Of a DNA stretch of 64,000 nucleotides, positions 52,608-63,385 are shown piece by piece. The stretch lies in the NCBI GenBank assembly GCA_963765765.1, contig CAVXYC010000030.1:224001-288000 (forward strand), in the 5' to 3' direction. The position numbers and the translations under genes are program-made. Each line of letters opens with the position of its first letter. The first letter of the stretch is position 1. The notes beneath the pieces were generated by a model that saw nothing but the letters and a program-made list of their open reading frames with translations, had not been told where the DNA came from and made no database searches. The stretch is from an uncultured Chloroflexia bacterium. GTDB lineage: Bacteria; Chloroflexota; UBA6077; JACCZL01.

Positions 52608-54833
52608 ATGCCATCTTCACTCATCGGCGCGTCCGTTCCTCGCATTGAGGGCCCGGACAAGGTGACCGGTCAGACGCGCTATACGAGGGACTTCACCCTG
52701 CCCGGATTGCTGCACGCGCGCATCCTGCGCAGCCCGCATCCACACGCGCGTATCGTACGGGTGGACACGAAGGCTGCCAGCGAGGTGCCAGGTGTACGGG
52801 CCATCCTGACCGGTGAGGACGTGCGCGATCATTACGTGGGCAAGACACTACGGGATATGCCGGTGCTGTGCTGGGACCGAGTGCGTTACGTGGGCGATCG
52901 CGTGGCGGCCGTTGCCGCGGAGACGGTAGAAGCCGCTGAAGCTGCCATGCAGGCGATCATCGTGGAGTACGATGAGCTGCCGGCCGTCTACGATCCGATC
53001 GAGGCGATGCGGCCCGATGCGCTGCCGCTGCACGATGACGTGACGAGCTATCTGGGGCCGCCGCCTGAGCGACTAGCTGCTGACCTCCACAATGGAGCCA
53101 CGCGGCTCTTCTGGCGGCGCGGCAACTTGGAAGAGGGCTTCGCTAGCGCGGACCTGGTTCTGGAGCACACGTTCAAGATTCCGGCGCGCTCGCAGGGCTA
53201 CATCGAGCCACACGCATGTACCGTGCTTATCAATGATGGGGGACGCATCGAGCTCTGGGCGGCCAACAAGACGCCGTTTCGCGGCCGCACCCAGTTCGCC
53301 ACGGCCATCGGTGTTCCTGAGGACCAGATTCTTGTCCACGTTACCAACGTGGGCGGCGACTTCGGCGGCAAGGGCGACGTTGTGGATGCGCCCATCGCCT
53401 ACTACCTGGCCCAGAAAACCGGGCGTCCCGTGAGCATTGTGCTGAGCGGCGCCGAGGACTATGCCACAAGCAATCCGGATCAGTACACGCACGTGACTAT
53501 TCGCTCAGGGGTCAAGCGCGACGGCCGGATCGTTGCCCGCAGCATGCACACGGTTCATGCTAGCGGCGCGTATGCCGCGCTCAAGCCCAACGGCGCGTAC
53601 TCCACCTGGCACCAGGTGGGCGGCTGCTACCAGATCCCCAACGGCGAATACGAGTTCCTGCAGATCTACACCAACACTGCCCCAGGCGGATATTTCCGAG
53701 CGCCGGGGGCGCACCAGTTCGTGTTCGCCACCGAGTGCCATACCGATCTTCTGGCTGCCGAGCTGGGGATGGATCCGGCCGAGCTGCGCTTAAAGAACCT
53801 CATGGCCGAGGGCGAGGAAGATCAGATCGGCACCACCATGGAGCACATCAAAGCGCGTGAGGTGCTAGAGGGGGCTCTGAACGCCGCGGATTGGTATAGC
53901 CCCAAGCCCGCCAACGTCGGTCGCGGCATTGCGTTGTTCGGTCGCCAGAACGGGGGCGGTCCCAGCGGCGCGATTCTCACGGCCGAGACCGATGGGACGA
54001 TCAGCATGATCAGCCCCACCATCGACGTTGGCACGGGCACGCACACCATCATGAAACAGCTTGTGGCCGAGGATTTTGGCCTGCCGCTCGAGAAGATCAG
54101 CGTCACGATCGGCGACAGCGATCACGTCCCGTACGACGAGGGCCCACGGGCCAGCCGTGTGACCTACACCGAAGGTACGGCGGTCATGAAAGCATGCGCG
54201 GAGCTGCGCCAAAGACTGTCTGAGCCGGCCGCGGAGCTTCTCGGCTGCCCGGTCGGGGAAGTCCAGCTACGCGATGGCGCGTTTCATGGCGACGGTCGCA
54301 GCGTGAGCCTGGCCGAGGTGGTGGCCATCGCCGACTCCGGCAACCCCGTTACCGCCCGTATCGAGCAGGTGGCACCTGAGCTGGACGAAGTGCGCTACTA
54401 CTGCGCCATGGTGGCCGAGGTGGAGGTGGACCCGGAGACCGGGCAGGTCACGGTGCGAAAGCTGATCACATCCCATGATGTGGGTGCGATCATCAATCCG
54501 GTCACCCACCAGGGCCAGATCGACGGCGGGGCCACCACCGGCATCGGCATGGCGCTCACCGAAGAGTTCGTGCTGGAGGACGGTCGCACCGTCAATCCGC
54601 ACCTGGGCGACTACAAGATGCCCACGGTGGCGGACATTCCACCGCTCGAGACTGTCCTCGTCGAGTCCGGCGGCGGCCGCGGCCCTCATGGCGCCAAAGC
54701 CATCGGCGAGTGGTCCAACAATACTCCGCCAGCGGCGATTGCGAACGCCGTGGCCGATGCGATCGGCGTGCGCGTGTACGAGCTGCCGGTGACTTCAGAG
54801 CGGGTATTTCGGGCGATTCGGAAGAGATCCTGA
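52608..54833 (+). CDS. Xanthine dehydrogenase-family molybdopterin-binding large subunit
   Basis: KVTG, LRSPHPHA, GGDFGGK, FRAPG, GQIDGG, GAKAIGE. Confidence 0.93.
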   Translation: MPSSLIGASVPRIEGPDKVTGQTRYTRDFTLPGLLHARILRSPHPHARIVRVDTKAASEVPGVRAILTGEDVRDHYVGKTLRDMPVLCWDRVRYVGDRVAAVAAETVEAAEAAMQAIIVEYDELPAVYDPIEAMRPDALPLHDDVTSYLGPPPERLAADLHNGATRLFWRRGNLEEGFASADLVLEHTFKIPARSQGYIEPHACTVLINDGGRIELWAANKTPFRGRTQFATAIGVPEDQILVHVTNVGGDFGGKGDVVDAPIAYYLAQKTGRPVSIVLSGAEDYATSNPDQYTHVTIRSGVKRDGRIVARSMHTVHASGAYAALKPNGAYSTWHQVGGCYQIPNGEYEFLQIYTNTAPGGYFRAPGAHQFVFATECHTDLLAAELGMDPAELRLKNLMAEGEEDQIGTTMEHIKAREVLEGALNAADWYSPKPANVGRGIALFGRQNGGGPSGAILTAETDGTISMISPTIDVGTGTHTIMKQLVAEDFGLPLEKISVTIGDSDHVPYDEGPRASRVTYTEGTAVMKACAELRQRLSEPAAELLGCPVGEVQLRDGAFHGDGRSVSLAEVVAIADSGNPVTARIEQVAPELDEVRYYCAMVAEVEVDPETGQVTVRKLITSHDVGAIINPVTHQGQIDGGATTGIGMALTEEFVLEDGRTVNPHLGDYKMPTVADIPPLETVLVESGGGRGPHGAKAIGEWSNNTPPAAIANAVADAIGVRVYELPVTSERVFRAIRKRS

Positions 54834-54846
54834 GCCTGGCCGGAAT

Positions 54847-55584
54847 ATGCCCGACGCTCTGACGGCTGACGAATACATCACGCGCCTGCAGGCTCATCAA
54901 TCCGATGATGAGCTGCGCAAGATCCAGCGCTATTTCAAGTCTGGCGTCGGAGAGTACGGCGAGGGCGATCAGTTCATGGGCGTGCGTATGGGGCAGGTCT
55001 TTGAGCTCAGCAAGGAATTCATCGACCTTCCCCCGTCAGAGATAGAAAAGCTGCTCGAGAGTCAGATCCATGAGGTACGCGCCGGCGGTGTAAGCGTCAT
55101 GGACAAGCAGGGTCGGCGTAAGAGTACTCCGGGGTCGCGTCGGAAGGAGCTTTACGATCTCTTTCTGCGGCGCATCGATCGAATCAATAACTGGGACCTG
55201 GTAGACCTTGGCGCACCGTTCGTCGTGGGGCGCTATCTGTTCGAAAAGCCACGCGATGTGCTGTACGGACTCGCAGCGTCCGAGAATGTCTGGGAGCGCC
55301 GCACGGCGATCGTCAGCACCCTTTATTTCGTTCGTCAGGGAAGCACGGACGATATTCTCCCTCTTGCGGAGATGCTGGTGAACGACCCTGAAGACTTGAT
55401 GCACAAAGCGGTTGGGATGATGCTGCGCTGCGTGGGAGTGATCGATCGGCCGGCTCTCCTGGCGTTCCTGGACAAGCACGCGATGACGATGCCACGCACG
55501 ATGTTGCGCACGGCCACGGAGCATTTCGATATGGATGCTCGCAGTCACTACTTGGGACTAAGGCAGGCAAGAGCCAGCGGTTAG
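54847..55584 (+). CDS. DNA alkylation repair protein (AlkD-like HEAT repeat)
   Basis: FMGVRM, NNWDLVD, WERRTAIV, KAVGMMLR, MPRTMLR. Confidence 0.88.
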   Translation: MPDALTADEYITRLQAHQSDDELRKIQRYFKSGVGEYGEGDQFMGVRMGQVFELSKEFIDLPPSEIEKLLESQIHEVRAGGVSVMDKQGRRKSTPGSRRKELYDLFLRRIDRINNWDLVDLGAPFVVGRYLFEKPRDVLYGLAASENVWERRTAIVSTLYFVRQGSTDDILPLAEMLVNDPEDLMHKAVGMMLRCVGVIDRPALLAFLDKHAMTMPRTMLRTATEHFDMDARSHYLGLRQARASG

Positions 55585-55904
55585 CCTCCATCGCGACGGA
55601 TCTGGCGTTCAAGTTGTCGATGCCAGCTAACTCGAGATGCCACAGCGACATCAAAAGCCGCACGTAGCGTTTTGGTAACGCCTGTGCACCGCGCCGCCTT
55701 CTGGAAATTCCCAGCCGGTGCCGGAGAGCACTAAAAATGCGGTGCTTCGCGCACGCATTCGAAGCGCTTGGCACATGTACGGTGGAGTAGTAGCATAAAG
55801 GATCTTCTCTGCGGCGCTACTCCGGAACGATGCCCGAACGGTCGCTGCGCCGAAGATTCGGTTGCAACGGGGACCGAAGCGAATTTCGACCAGCGGGTAG
55901 GAAG

Positions 55905-56642
55905 ATGCCGATACAGAAACGACTCGTGGCAGAAATGCTGGGCACAGCGTGGCTGGTGTTGGGCGGTTGCGGGAGCGCCGTGATCGCGTCGGCATTTCCT
56001 ACTGTCGGTATCGGGCTACTAGGCGTCTCACTGGCATTCGGCCTCACCGTGCTCACGATGGCATATACCGTCGGCCCAGTTTCCGGGGGCCATTTCAATC
56101 CGGCCGTGACGGTGGGACTCTGGGTTGCTAAACGTGTCCCCTCGCGGGACGTTTTGCCCTACATCGTGGCCCAGGTGATCGGCGCCATCATCGGCGCGGG
56201 CATTCTGTTGCTCATTGCCAGTGGTACGGCAAGCTTCTCTCTCAGCGGCGGGTTTGCATCGAACGGCTATGCGGAACATTCGCCGGGTAATTACTCGCTC
56301 CTCGCCGGCTTCGTCGCGGAAGTAGTCCTGACGTTCGGATTCTTGTTGGTAATCCTGAGCTCTACCGACCTGCGAGCGCCGCAGGGCTTTGCGCCTATCG
56401 CCATTGGGCTGGCGCTCACGTTGATTCACCTGGTCAGTATCCCGGTTACTAACACGTCAGTGAACCCCGCGCGCAGCACAGGGCCGGCCGTTTTCGTTGG
56501 CGGCTGGGCGCTGGCCCAGCTGTGGCTTTTCTGGCTGGCGCCGATCATTGGCGCCAGCATTGCCGGGCTTGCGTACGGCTGGTTGGCCAAGGGTCCAATC
56601 GAAGCCATTGGCTCCACGGAACCGCCGCCGGTTGAGGTCTAG
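55905..56642 (+). CDS. aqpZ: Aquaporin Z
   Basis: [10 protein letters not shown] and [13 protein letters not shown] (two NPA motifs), [12 protein letters not shown]. Confidence 0.95.
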   Translation: MPIQKRLVAEMLGTAWLVLGGCGSAVIASAFPTVGIGLLGVSLAFGLTVLTMAYTVGPVSGGHFNPAVTVGLWVAKRVPSRDVLPYIVAQVIGAIIGAGILLLIASGTASFSLSGGFASNGYAEHSPGNYSLLAGFVAEVVLTFGFLLVILSSTDLRAPQGFAPIAIGLALTLIHLVSIPVTNTSVNPARSTGPAVFVGGWALAQLWLFWLAPIIGASIAGLAYGWLAKGPIEAIGSTEPPPVEV

Positions 56643-56791
56643 CCGATTAAACTCGAGCTTGGATGCGTCTTCGCACCCAACGTTCTGTCTTGTAGAGGCG
56701 GCGGGACGCTGGTGTCGTGACCGATGACACCTGAGCGCATGCAAGGGGCTAGCGACTCGCGTCTGGCCATGGCGACCCAGGGGAGTGCTGC

Positions 56792-57226
56792 TCACTGAAG
56801 GCAGAACTCGTTTCCTTCGGGGTCCTGCATGATGACCCAGTGCTCACCGCGCTCGTCGAGCTCGCCCACTTTCCGCGCGCCAAGCCCAAGGAGATGATCG
56901 GTTGCGGCCGCGACGCGACCGCGGCGCTGGTCGGGCGCGGCATCAAGGCCGCCGCCGACGTTGACATCCAGGTGTACGCGATTCTTTACCGACTTTGGCT
57001 CAGGCACCTGCTGGAAGAAGATCCTCGGCCCTGCACCCGCCGGGTCCACGATGGCGCTGGCGGAGTTCCACAAGCTCTCCGGGACGCCGCGCGTTTTCAG
57101 AAAGTCGATCCACGTGTCGAAGCCTTCGGGCGGCGGCTGAAGCTGGTAGCCGAGCGCGGCAGCCCAGAACTTCGCCAGCCGGTCGGGGTCTGCGCAATCG
57201 ATGGTGACCTGGAATGTCATTGCCAT
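56792..57226 (-). CDS. VOC/glyoxalase-like protein
   Basis: IDCADPDRLAKFW, KNRVHLD, QDPEGNEFC. Confidence 0.9.
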   Translation of the reverse strand: MAMTFQVTIDCADPDRLAKFWAAALGYQLQPPPEGFDTWIDFLKTRGVPESLWNSASAIVDPAGAGPRIFFQQVPEPKSVKNRVHLDVNVGGGLDAAPDQRRGRVAAATDHLLGLGARKVGELDERGEHWVIMQDPEGNEFCLQ

Positions 57227-57450
57227 GGTTTGACTCCGTGTATTCCGCGATTGACGGATTGACGCGTGATTAGACCCGTCTCTTGATAGGAAAGAACGAA
57301 TAACGCCATGGAACCGGCTGAAGTGCGCGGACGTGTCTGAACAAGGCACGAGAGCTACGATCTGCTCGAGTAGATCATGCCAACGCTTTAAATGGATATC
57401 CTCCGCCCTGAATGGAATCGCCATACTTTACCTCAGGAGCCTTCGTCATC

Positions 57451-57473
57451 CTGTATGTCCCATCGGGACATAC
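57451..57473. promoter_or_regulatory. Perfect 10-bp inverted repeat in a divergent intergenic region (possible operator)
   Basis: tgtatgtccc-atc-gggacataca. Confidence 0.4.
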
Positions 57474-57609
57474 ACTGGTGGGGGTAACTGGTCGTCGTAG
57501 CTCCAGGGAGGGGGTCCGGGGGAGGGGCTATCCCCAGGGGATACTTGCTCCGCTCGGTTTGAAAGCGGCGAAGACCGCCGCGGCCCAGAGCGCGTCTATA
57601 CTGCGCGTC

Positions 57610-58659
57610 ATGCATGTTGTTCTTATTTCACGCTTGCCAGCGCGGCAGATTGCCGAACTGGGCGCGATCGATCCTCGAATCAGGGTTACGGATGCTCGGG
57701 AGCTTTTCGCCGCCGAGATCGTGGCCGACTGGCCGGCGCACACTATTGCTCGGTATCTACGCCAACCGCTCTCCGAGATAACGGACAGTCCGGAACACGC
57801 CGCACAGCGCGAGGCGCTGTTGCGAGACGCCGATGTTCTCGGGATCGCCTTCCCGTATCCGAAGCGACTGGTCAGCCGAGCGCCAAAGTTGAAATTCGTT
57901 CACCAGTTCCCAGCCGGAGTCTCCAATCTGGCCCAAAGCGACCTGTGGGGCGGACCAGTGCCGGTGTCATCGGGCCGTGGCGCTAACAATCCACTGCCAA
58001 TCGCCGAGTGGGCCATTGGCGCGGCACTCGCGCTCTGCAAGGGATTTCCCCTCGCCGCGGCGCGTCGCCAGGCGCCCTTGTCCATGCGTGTTGCGTTTCA
58101 AGGTCGGCAAATCGCCGGCAAGACTCTGGGTGTGGTGGGCCTTGGCGGCATCGGGCAGGAGGTCGCGCGTCTTGGCTCAGCCCTCGGCATGCGGGTTGTC
58201 GGAACCAGACGTTCCGCGGAGCCAGTGCCGGGAGTGGATCATGTTTATCCGGCGGCTGAGCTCGAGACTATGCTCTCCGAGTGCGATATCGTCGTCGTGG
58301 CCGCGCAATTCACCAATGAGACGTATCATCTCCTGAACGAGAGCGCCATAGCCGCTATGAAACCGGGATCATTCCTCATCAACGTTGCGCGTGGTGAGCT
58401 CATTGATGAGTCGGCACTCTTCCCGGCCATGCACTCGGGCCATATCGCGGGCCTGGCAACTGATGTCTATGAAGGCGAGTTTGAGCACGCCCCGCCGGAC
58501 GAGCTGCTCACGCTCGAGAATGTCATCTTCACGCCCCACACATCCGGCCAGAGCGAGGAGCGTGAGTTCGGCTCCCTCGCGATCTTCAAGGAGAATCTCC
58601 GCCGCTGCCTCAATGGTGAGCCGCTAATCAATCAAGTTGATTGGGAGCGGGGTTACTAG
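57610..58659 (+). CDS. D-2-hydroxyacid dehydrogenase family
   Basis: IAEW, GLGGIG, INVARG, DVYEGE, TPHTSG. Confidence 0.9.
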   Translation: MHVVLISRLPARQIAELGAIDPRIRVTDARELFAAEIVADWPAHTIARYLRQPLSEITDSPEHAAQREALLRDADVLGIAFPYPKRLVSRAPKLKFVHQFPAGVSNLAQSDLWGGPVPVSSGRGANNPLPIAEWAIGAALALCKGFPLAAARRQAPLSMRVAFQGRQIAGKTLGVVGLGGIGQEVARLGSALGMRVVGTRRSAEPVPGVDHVYPAAELETMLSECDIVVVAAQFTNETYHLLNESAIAAMKPGSFLINVARGELIDESALFPAMHSGHIAGLATDVYEGEFEHAPPDELLTLENVIFTPHTSGQSEEREFGSLAIFKENLRRCLNGEPLINQVDWERGY

Positions 58660-58702
58660 GTCCTAGAATCTGAAACATTCCCGGTTAAGAGCGGCCGAGA
58701 TG

Positions 58703-59416
58703 TCACACCTGCTCGAGCTGCCTTGCCAGGTCAACGAAGTCCTCGGCCACGAAGTCGAATTCGTCTGGCTCGGGGACCTCGGCGGTGCCGTTCGGGCCCC
58801 ACTCGTGAGGACGTGCTACGAACGCGGTCCTTAGTCCGTTGGTGCGAGCGGCGCGCAGATCGTAGACGTGCGCGGCTACCATCATCACCTGGGAAGGTTT
58901 GAGCTGGAGAAGCTCCGCTGCTCCCAGGTAGACGCGGGGATCCGGCTTGTAGGCACGGAACAGCTCTACGCTGAATACTGAGTCCCAGGGCAGCTTACCG
59001 AAGCGAGCGAGCTGAATGAGCTGCCAGACGCTGCCGTTTGAAAGCGCGCAGACTACGAAACGCTCTTTCAGACGAGCAAGCCCTGTAGCCGCGTCCGGCC
59101 AGGGCGCCAGACGACGCCAGACAAAGCTCAGCTCAAGCTTCTGCGCATCCGTAAGCGAAGTGATCCCGTAATCGCCGAACACCTGCTCCAGCATTACGAG
59201 CTGGAGCTCGTCAAACGATCCCCACGGTCGCTCGCCCGTGGTGACCGCGGCGATCGTTGGTCGATACAGCCCACGCCATTTGTCCGCAATTTCAGGCCAG
59301 TCGGGGCGGTCCAATAACGCCTGACCCTCGCGAATGACCGAGGTACGCCAGTCTACCACCGTGCCGAACACGTCAAAGGTGAGCGCCTGTACATCGAGAC
59401 TCACGGGTGGGTCCAT
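58703..59416 (-). CDS. Haloacid dehalogenase type II
   Basis: FDVFGTVVDW, LSNG, YKPDPRVY, MVAAHVYDL. Confidence 0.92.
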   Translation of the reverse strand: MDPPVSLDVQALTFDVFGTVVDWRTSVIREGQALLDRPDWPEIADKWRGLYRPTIAAVTTGERPWGSFDELQLVMLEQVFGDYGITSLTDAQKLELSFVWRRLAPWPDAATGLARLKERFVVCALSNGSVWQLIQLARFGKLPWDSVFSVELFRAYKPDPRVYLGAAELLQLKPSQVMMVAAHVYDLRAARTNGLRTAFVARPHEWGPNGTAEVPEPDEFDFVAEDFVDLARQLEQV

Positions 59417-59443
59417 CTCGTTTGTAGCAACGGTCTTGGAATG

Positions 59444-60670
<1,227 letters not shown>

Positions 60671-60683
60671 CGTTCAAGATACA

Positions 60684-60751
60684 AGTGCGGAATTCATTCC
60701 GCCGTCTTTTGACATTGCACGGGACCGCGGAATGAATTCCGCACTACAAAC
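60684..60751. repeat. Family C REP doublet; left unit split by the IS110, right unit intact
   Basis: agtgcggaattcattccgc...gcggaatgaattccgcactacaaac. Confidence 0.9.
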
Positions 60752-60771
60752 AGCTCCCGTTTCCATCAAAT

Positions 60772-61560
60772 CTAGCTATCCGGACCGAAAATCGCCGCGA
60801 AGCGATCCGCCACGTCGCGGGAGCCTGTTACTTCGAACTCCGGGCGATCGACCCGAACGCGGCCGTAGACGGCGAGCGCCAGCCAGCCCGGGGACGCGGT
60901 GATCGTATCCGTCGCGCAATCAGCGGACGAGGCCACCACGCAGCCATCGCCGCTCACGTCCAACTGCCAACGCGCCTCAGGGGTGGCCACGATAAAGGAC
61001 TGCGTGGCATCGGGCGATTTCTTAGCACCGAAGAGCTGGCGAGTCGGCTCGAGTAGGAAGGGCAGGAGATATGCGCCTAACTCATCGTCCAGCGGCTTGT
61101 CTGCCCCAAGCGAGTATTCAAGATCCCAGCGATGAAACGCGGTCTCGGAAAGAAGCTGAGTGCAATACCATGACAGCGGTCGCTCTCCCTGCGGATGCGG
61201 AAATGAGTAGTCCTCCAATGCCGTGTCGGTGCATGCTCCTATCGTCGCCGCGATTCGTGCGTACTCAGAGCGCTGGAGCGCGGCCCAGTCTCTGGGTGTC
61301 ATCGCTCTAATCTCATCCTCGCGCGGCTTGGCGGCCGGCCCGAAGGCCGGTGTGCGGTCACCCTCGAGACCGCGTTCTATTGCTCGCAATATGGAGTCGC
61401 ACACCCGGGTGATGTGCACGGCCAGATCGTTCACGCTCCAGTTGGCGAGATTGCTGGGCGCTTCACGCTCATCGGGCGTCAGCGTAGCGATACGCTCGCA
61501 CAGCGGTGCCTGCTCGGCATCCAGCTTGCGCAAACTCAATCGCGCATCTACGGCTTCCAT
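60772..61560 (-). CDS. MDMPI (mycothiol-dependent maleylpyruvate isomerase)-family protein with SCP2-like C-terminal domain
   Basis: PSNLANWSVNDLAVH, ETAFHRWDL, LALAVYGR. Confidence 0.8.
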   Translation of the reverse strand: MEAVDARLSLRKLDAEQAPLCERIATLTPDEREAPSNLANWSVNDLAVHITRVCDSILRAIERGLEGDRTPAFGPAAKPREDEIRAMTPRDWAALQRSEYARIAATIGACTDTALEDYSFPHPQGERPLSWYCTQLLSETAFHRWDLEYSLGADKPLDDELGAYLLPFLLEPTRQLFGAKKSPDATQSFIVATPEARWQLDVSGDGCVVASSADCATDTITASPGWLALAVYGRVRVDRPEFEVTGSRDVADRFAAIFGPDS

Positions 61561-61605
61561 GTCATTCTCCTCACCTTGAGCGTGCTAGTATACGACCAGT
61601 CAACT

Positions 61606-62226
61606 ATGGGACGACCAAGTACGGCCCGGGAGCGACTCCTCGATAGCGCCCGGAATCTCATACATTCGAGCAATTATGGATCAGCCAGCGTTGAGGACCT
61701 ATGTGCCGCCGCGCAGGTCAACAAGGGCAGCTTCTACTATTTCTTTCCGTCCAAGCGTGATCTCGCGCTGGCAGTACTGGATTCGCAGTGGGAGCGTGCC
61801 AGGAGCAACATGCTGGAGCCGACGTTCGCCACTGACGTTGGTCCACTGGAGCGCTTCGATCGATTCTTCACTCGCGTTGCCGAGCACCACAACCGTCCTG
61901 TTGTCCTGGGCTGCCCCTTCGGAAATCTGGCCGTGGAGCTGGGCACTCTGGACGAGCCCATTCGGGATCGCGTTCGCGACATCCTGGAAGGCTATCGAGG
62001 GTATTTCAAAGCCGCCATTCAGGACGCTATCCTGGTCGGCGCCATAGAGCCTGTCGATGTGGACATCGCTTCGCAAGCGCTGGTGGCCTATCTCCAGGGC
62101 GCATTGCTTCTAGCCAAGACTCACAACGACGCTCAGATGATCTATACGCTGGGCCAGCATGCGCGGACGATCCTTGGCGTCGCACCGGTAGCCCGATCTT
62201 CCGTGGGAGCATCATCGAATGACTGA
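61606..62226 (+). CDS. TetR-family regulator (NemR/ComR-like C-terminal domain)
   Basis: KGSFYYFFPSKRDL HTH; GCPFGNLAVE. Confidence 0.93.
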   Translation: MGRPSTARERLLDSARNLIHSSNYGSASVEDLCAAAQVNKGSFYYFFPSKRDLALAVLDSQWERARSNMLEPTFATDVGPLERFDRFFTRVAEHHNRPVVLGCPFGNLAVELGTLDEPIRDRVRDILEGYRGYFKAAIQDAILVGAIEPVDVDIASQALVAYLQGALLLAKTHNDAQMIYTLGQHARTILGVAPVARSSVGASSND

Positions 62227-63214
62227 TTCAGCCGTACGCGATTACACGCAAGCCGGGCCCCAAGTGGGCGACGTCTTTCCCGATATGAGCTTGCCTGACC
62301 AAACCGGAGCGCTGGTTAATCTCCACGAGGCTCGGCGCGGTAAACGCGCCATCATCGTCTTTCACCGCAGCGCGCGTTGGTGACCATTCTGCCGTGTGCA
62401 GCTCGTGGAGCTGCAGAACGTACTTGGCACCCTGCGTGAACAGGATTTCGCGCTATTTGCCGTCAGCTACGATCCGGTGACTGCTCTGGCGGACTTCGCT
62501 CAACGCAATGAGATCGACTACCCGCTTCTCAGCGATGAAGGCAGCCGTGTCATCAGCGAGCTGGGACTCTTGGACGAGGATCTGGACACGCATCATGCCG
62601 CGTTTGGTGGTCAGGTGCGCGACGAACAGCGCGGCGTTTGCTACCCCGGCGTGTTCATCCTGGATGAGCAGGGCGTTGTGACGCAGCGGCGATTCCAGAG
62701 AAACTACCGCGTGCGGGAATCGGGCGCGAGCTTGCTTGCACAGGCGCTCAACATCGACGCTCCGGCTGTGGGATCCCCGGCCGAAACCAGCGAGGATGAG
62801 CTCGTTCGAATCACCGCCCGACTTGATTCACCGACATACTGGCGGTATCAGCGGGTCCGGGTGATGATCGATCTGAGCATCGAGCCCGGGGCGCACGTCT
62901 TTGCTGCGCCGTCTCCATCAGAGTACACACCACTCAACATCGAGGTCTCGGCGAATCGCGCCATTATCGGTGAATCCGAGTTGCCAGAACCGCGGGCATT
63001 CAAGCTCGAGGGCCTCGACGATGATCTATGGGTCTACCAAGGCAACCTGCATCTGAGTGTGCCATTGGAGTTCGTCATGGATCGCGGCGACGGCATGGGC
63101 GATCAGAGCATAGCCGTCCGTGTGCGCTACCAGGCGTGCAGTGAGACGACCTGCTATCCGTCCACGGAAGCAGCGTTTGAGCTCGCTGCTAGTGCGCGGC
63201 CGGATGTAGCGTAG
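62219..63214 (+). CDS. Predicted selenoprotein: AhpC/TSA redoxin (UxxC) fused to a DsbD-N-like domain, 331 aa
   Basis: ATG 62219 overlaps the tetR end; GPQVGDVFPDMSLPDQTG...VFHRSARW-TGA(62381-62383)-PFCR continues in frame into the 62396 ORF; C-terminal YQACSETTCYP. Confidence 0.85.
62397..62415 (+). promoter_or_regulatory. Candidate bacterial SECIS hairpin
   Basis: Perfect 8-bp stem TGCAGCTC/GAGCTGCA with a GTG loop starting 21 nt after the UGA. Confidence 0.75.
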
Positions 63215-63220
63215 CCGTTG

Positions 63221-63319
63221 GCTTCCTCGCCCTTTGGGAGAGGGCTGGGGTGAGGGACTCGCAATGGGGGATATCGAGGTACCCTCACCCTACTCCCTCG
63301 CCCCAAAGGGTGAGGGAGT
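63221..63319. repeat. Family A palindromic doublet
   Basis: cctcgccctttgggagagggctggggtgaggg...ccctcaccctactccctcgccccaaagggtgaggg. Confidence 0.8.
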
Positions 63320-63385
63320 AGGGTTGTTGACTGAACGGTACAGAACACCCTAGACTGGCGCGACAGGAGACGGAGGACGTTTTAG

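Noticed and set aside
55585-55904. Long intergenic region before aqpZ as a riboswitch or ncRNA
   Set aside because: I recognised no known consensus; an Rfam search would be needed.
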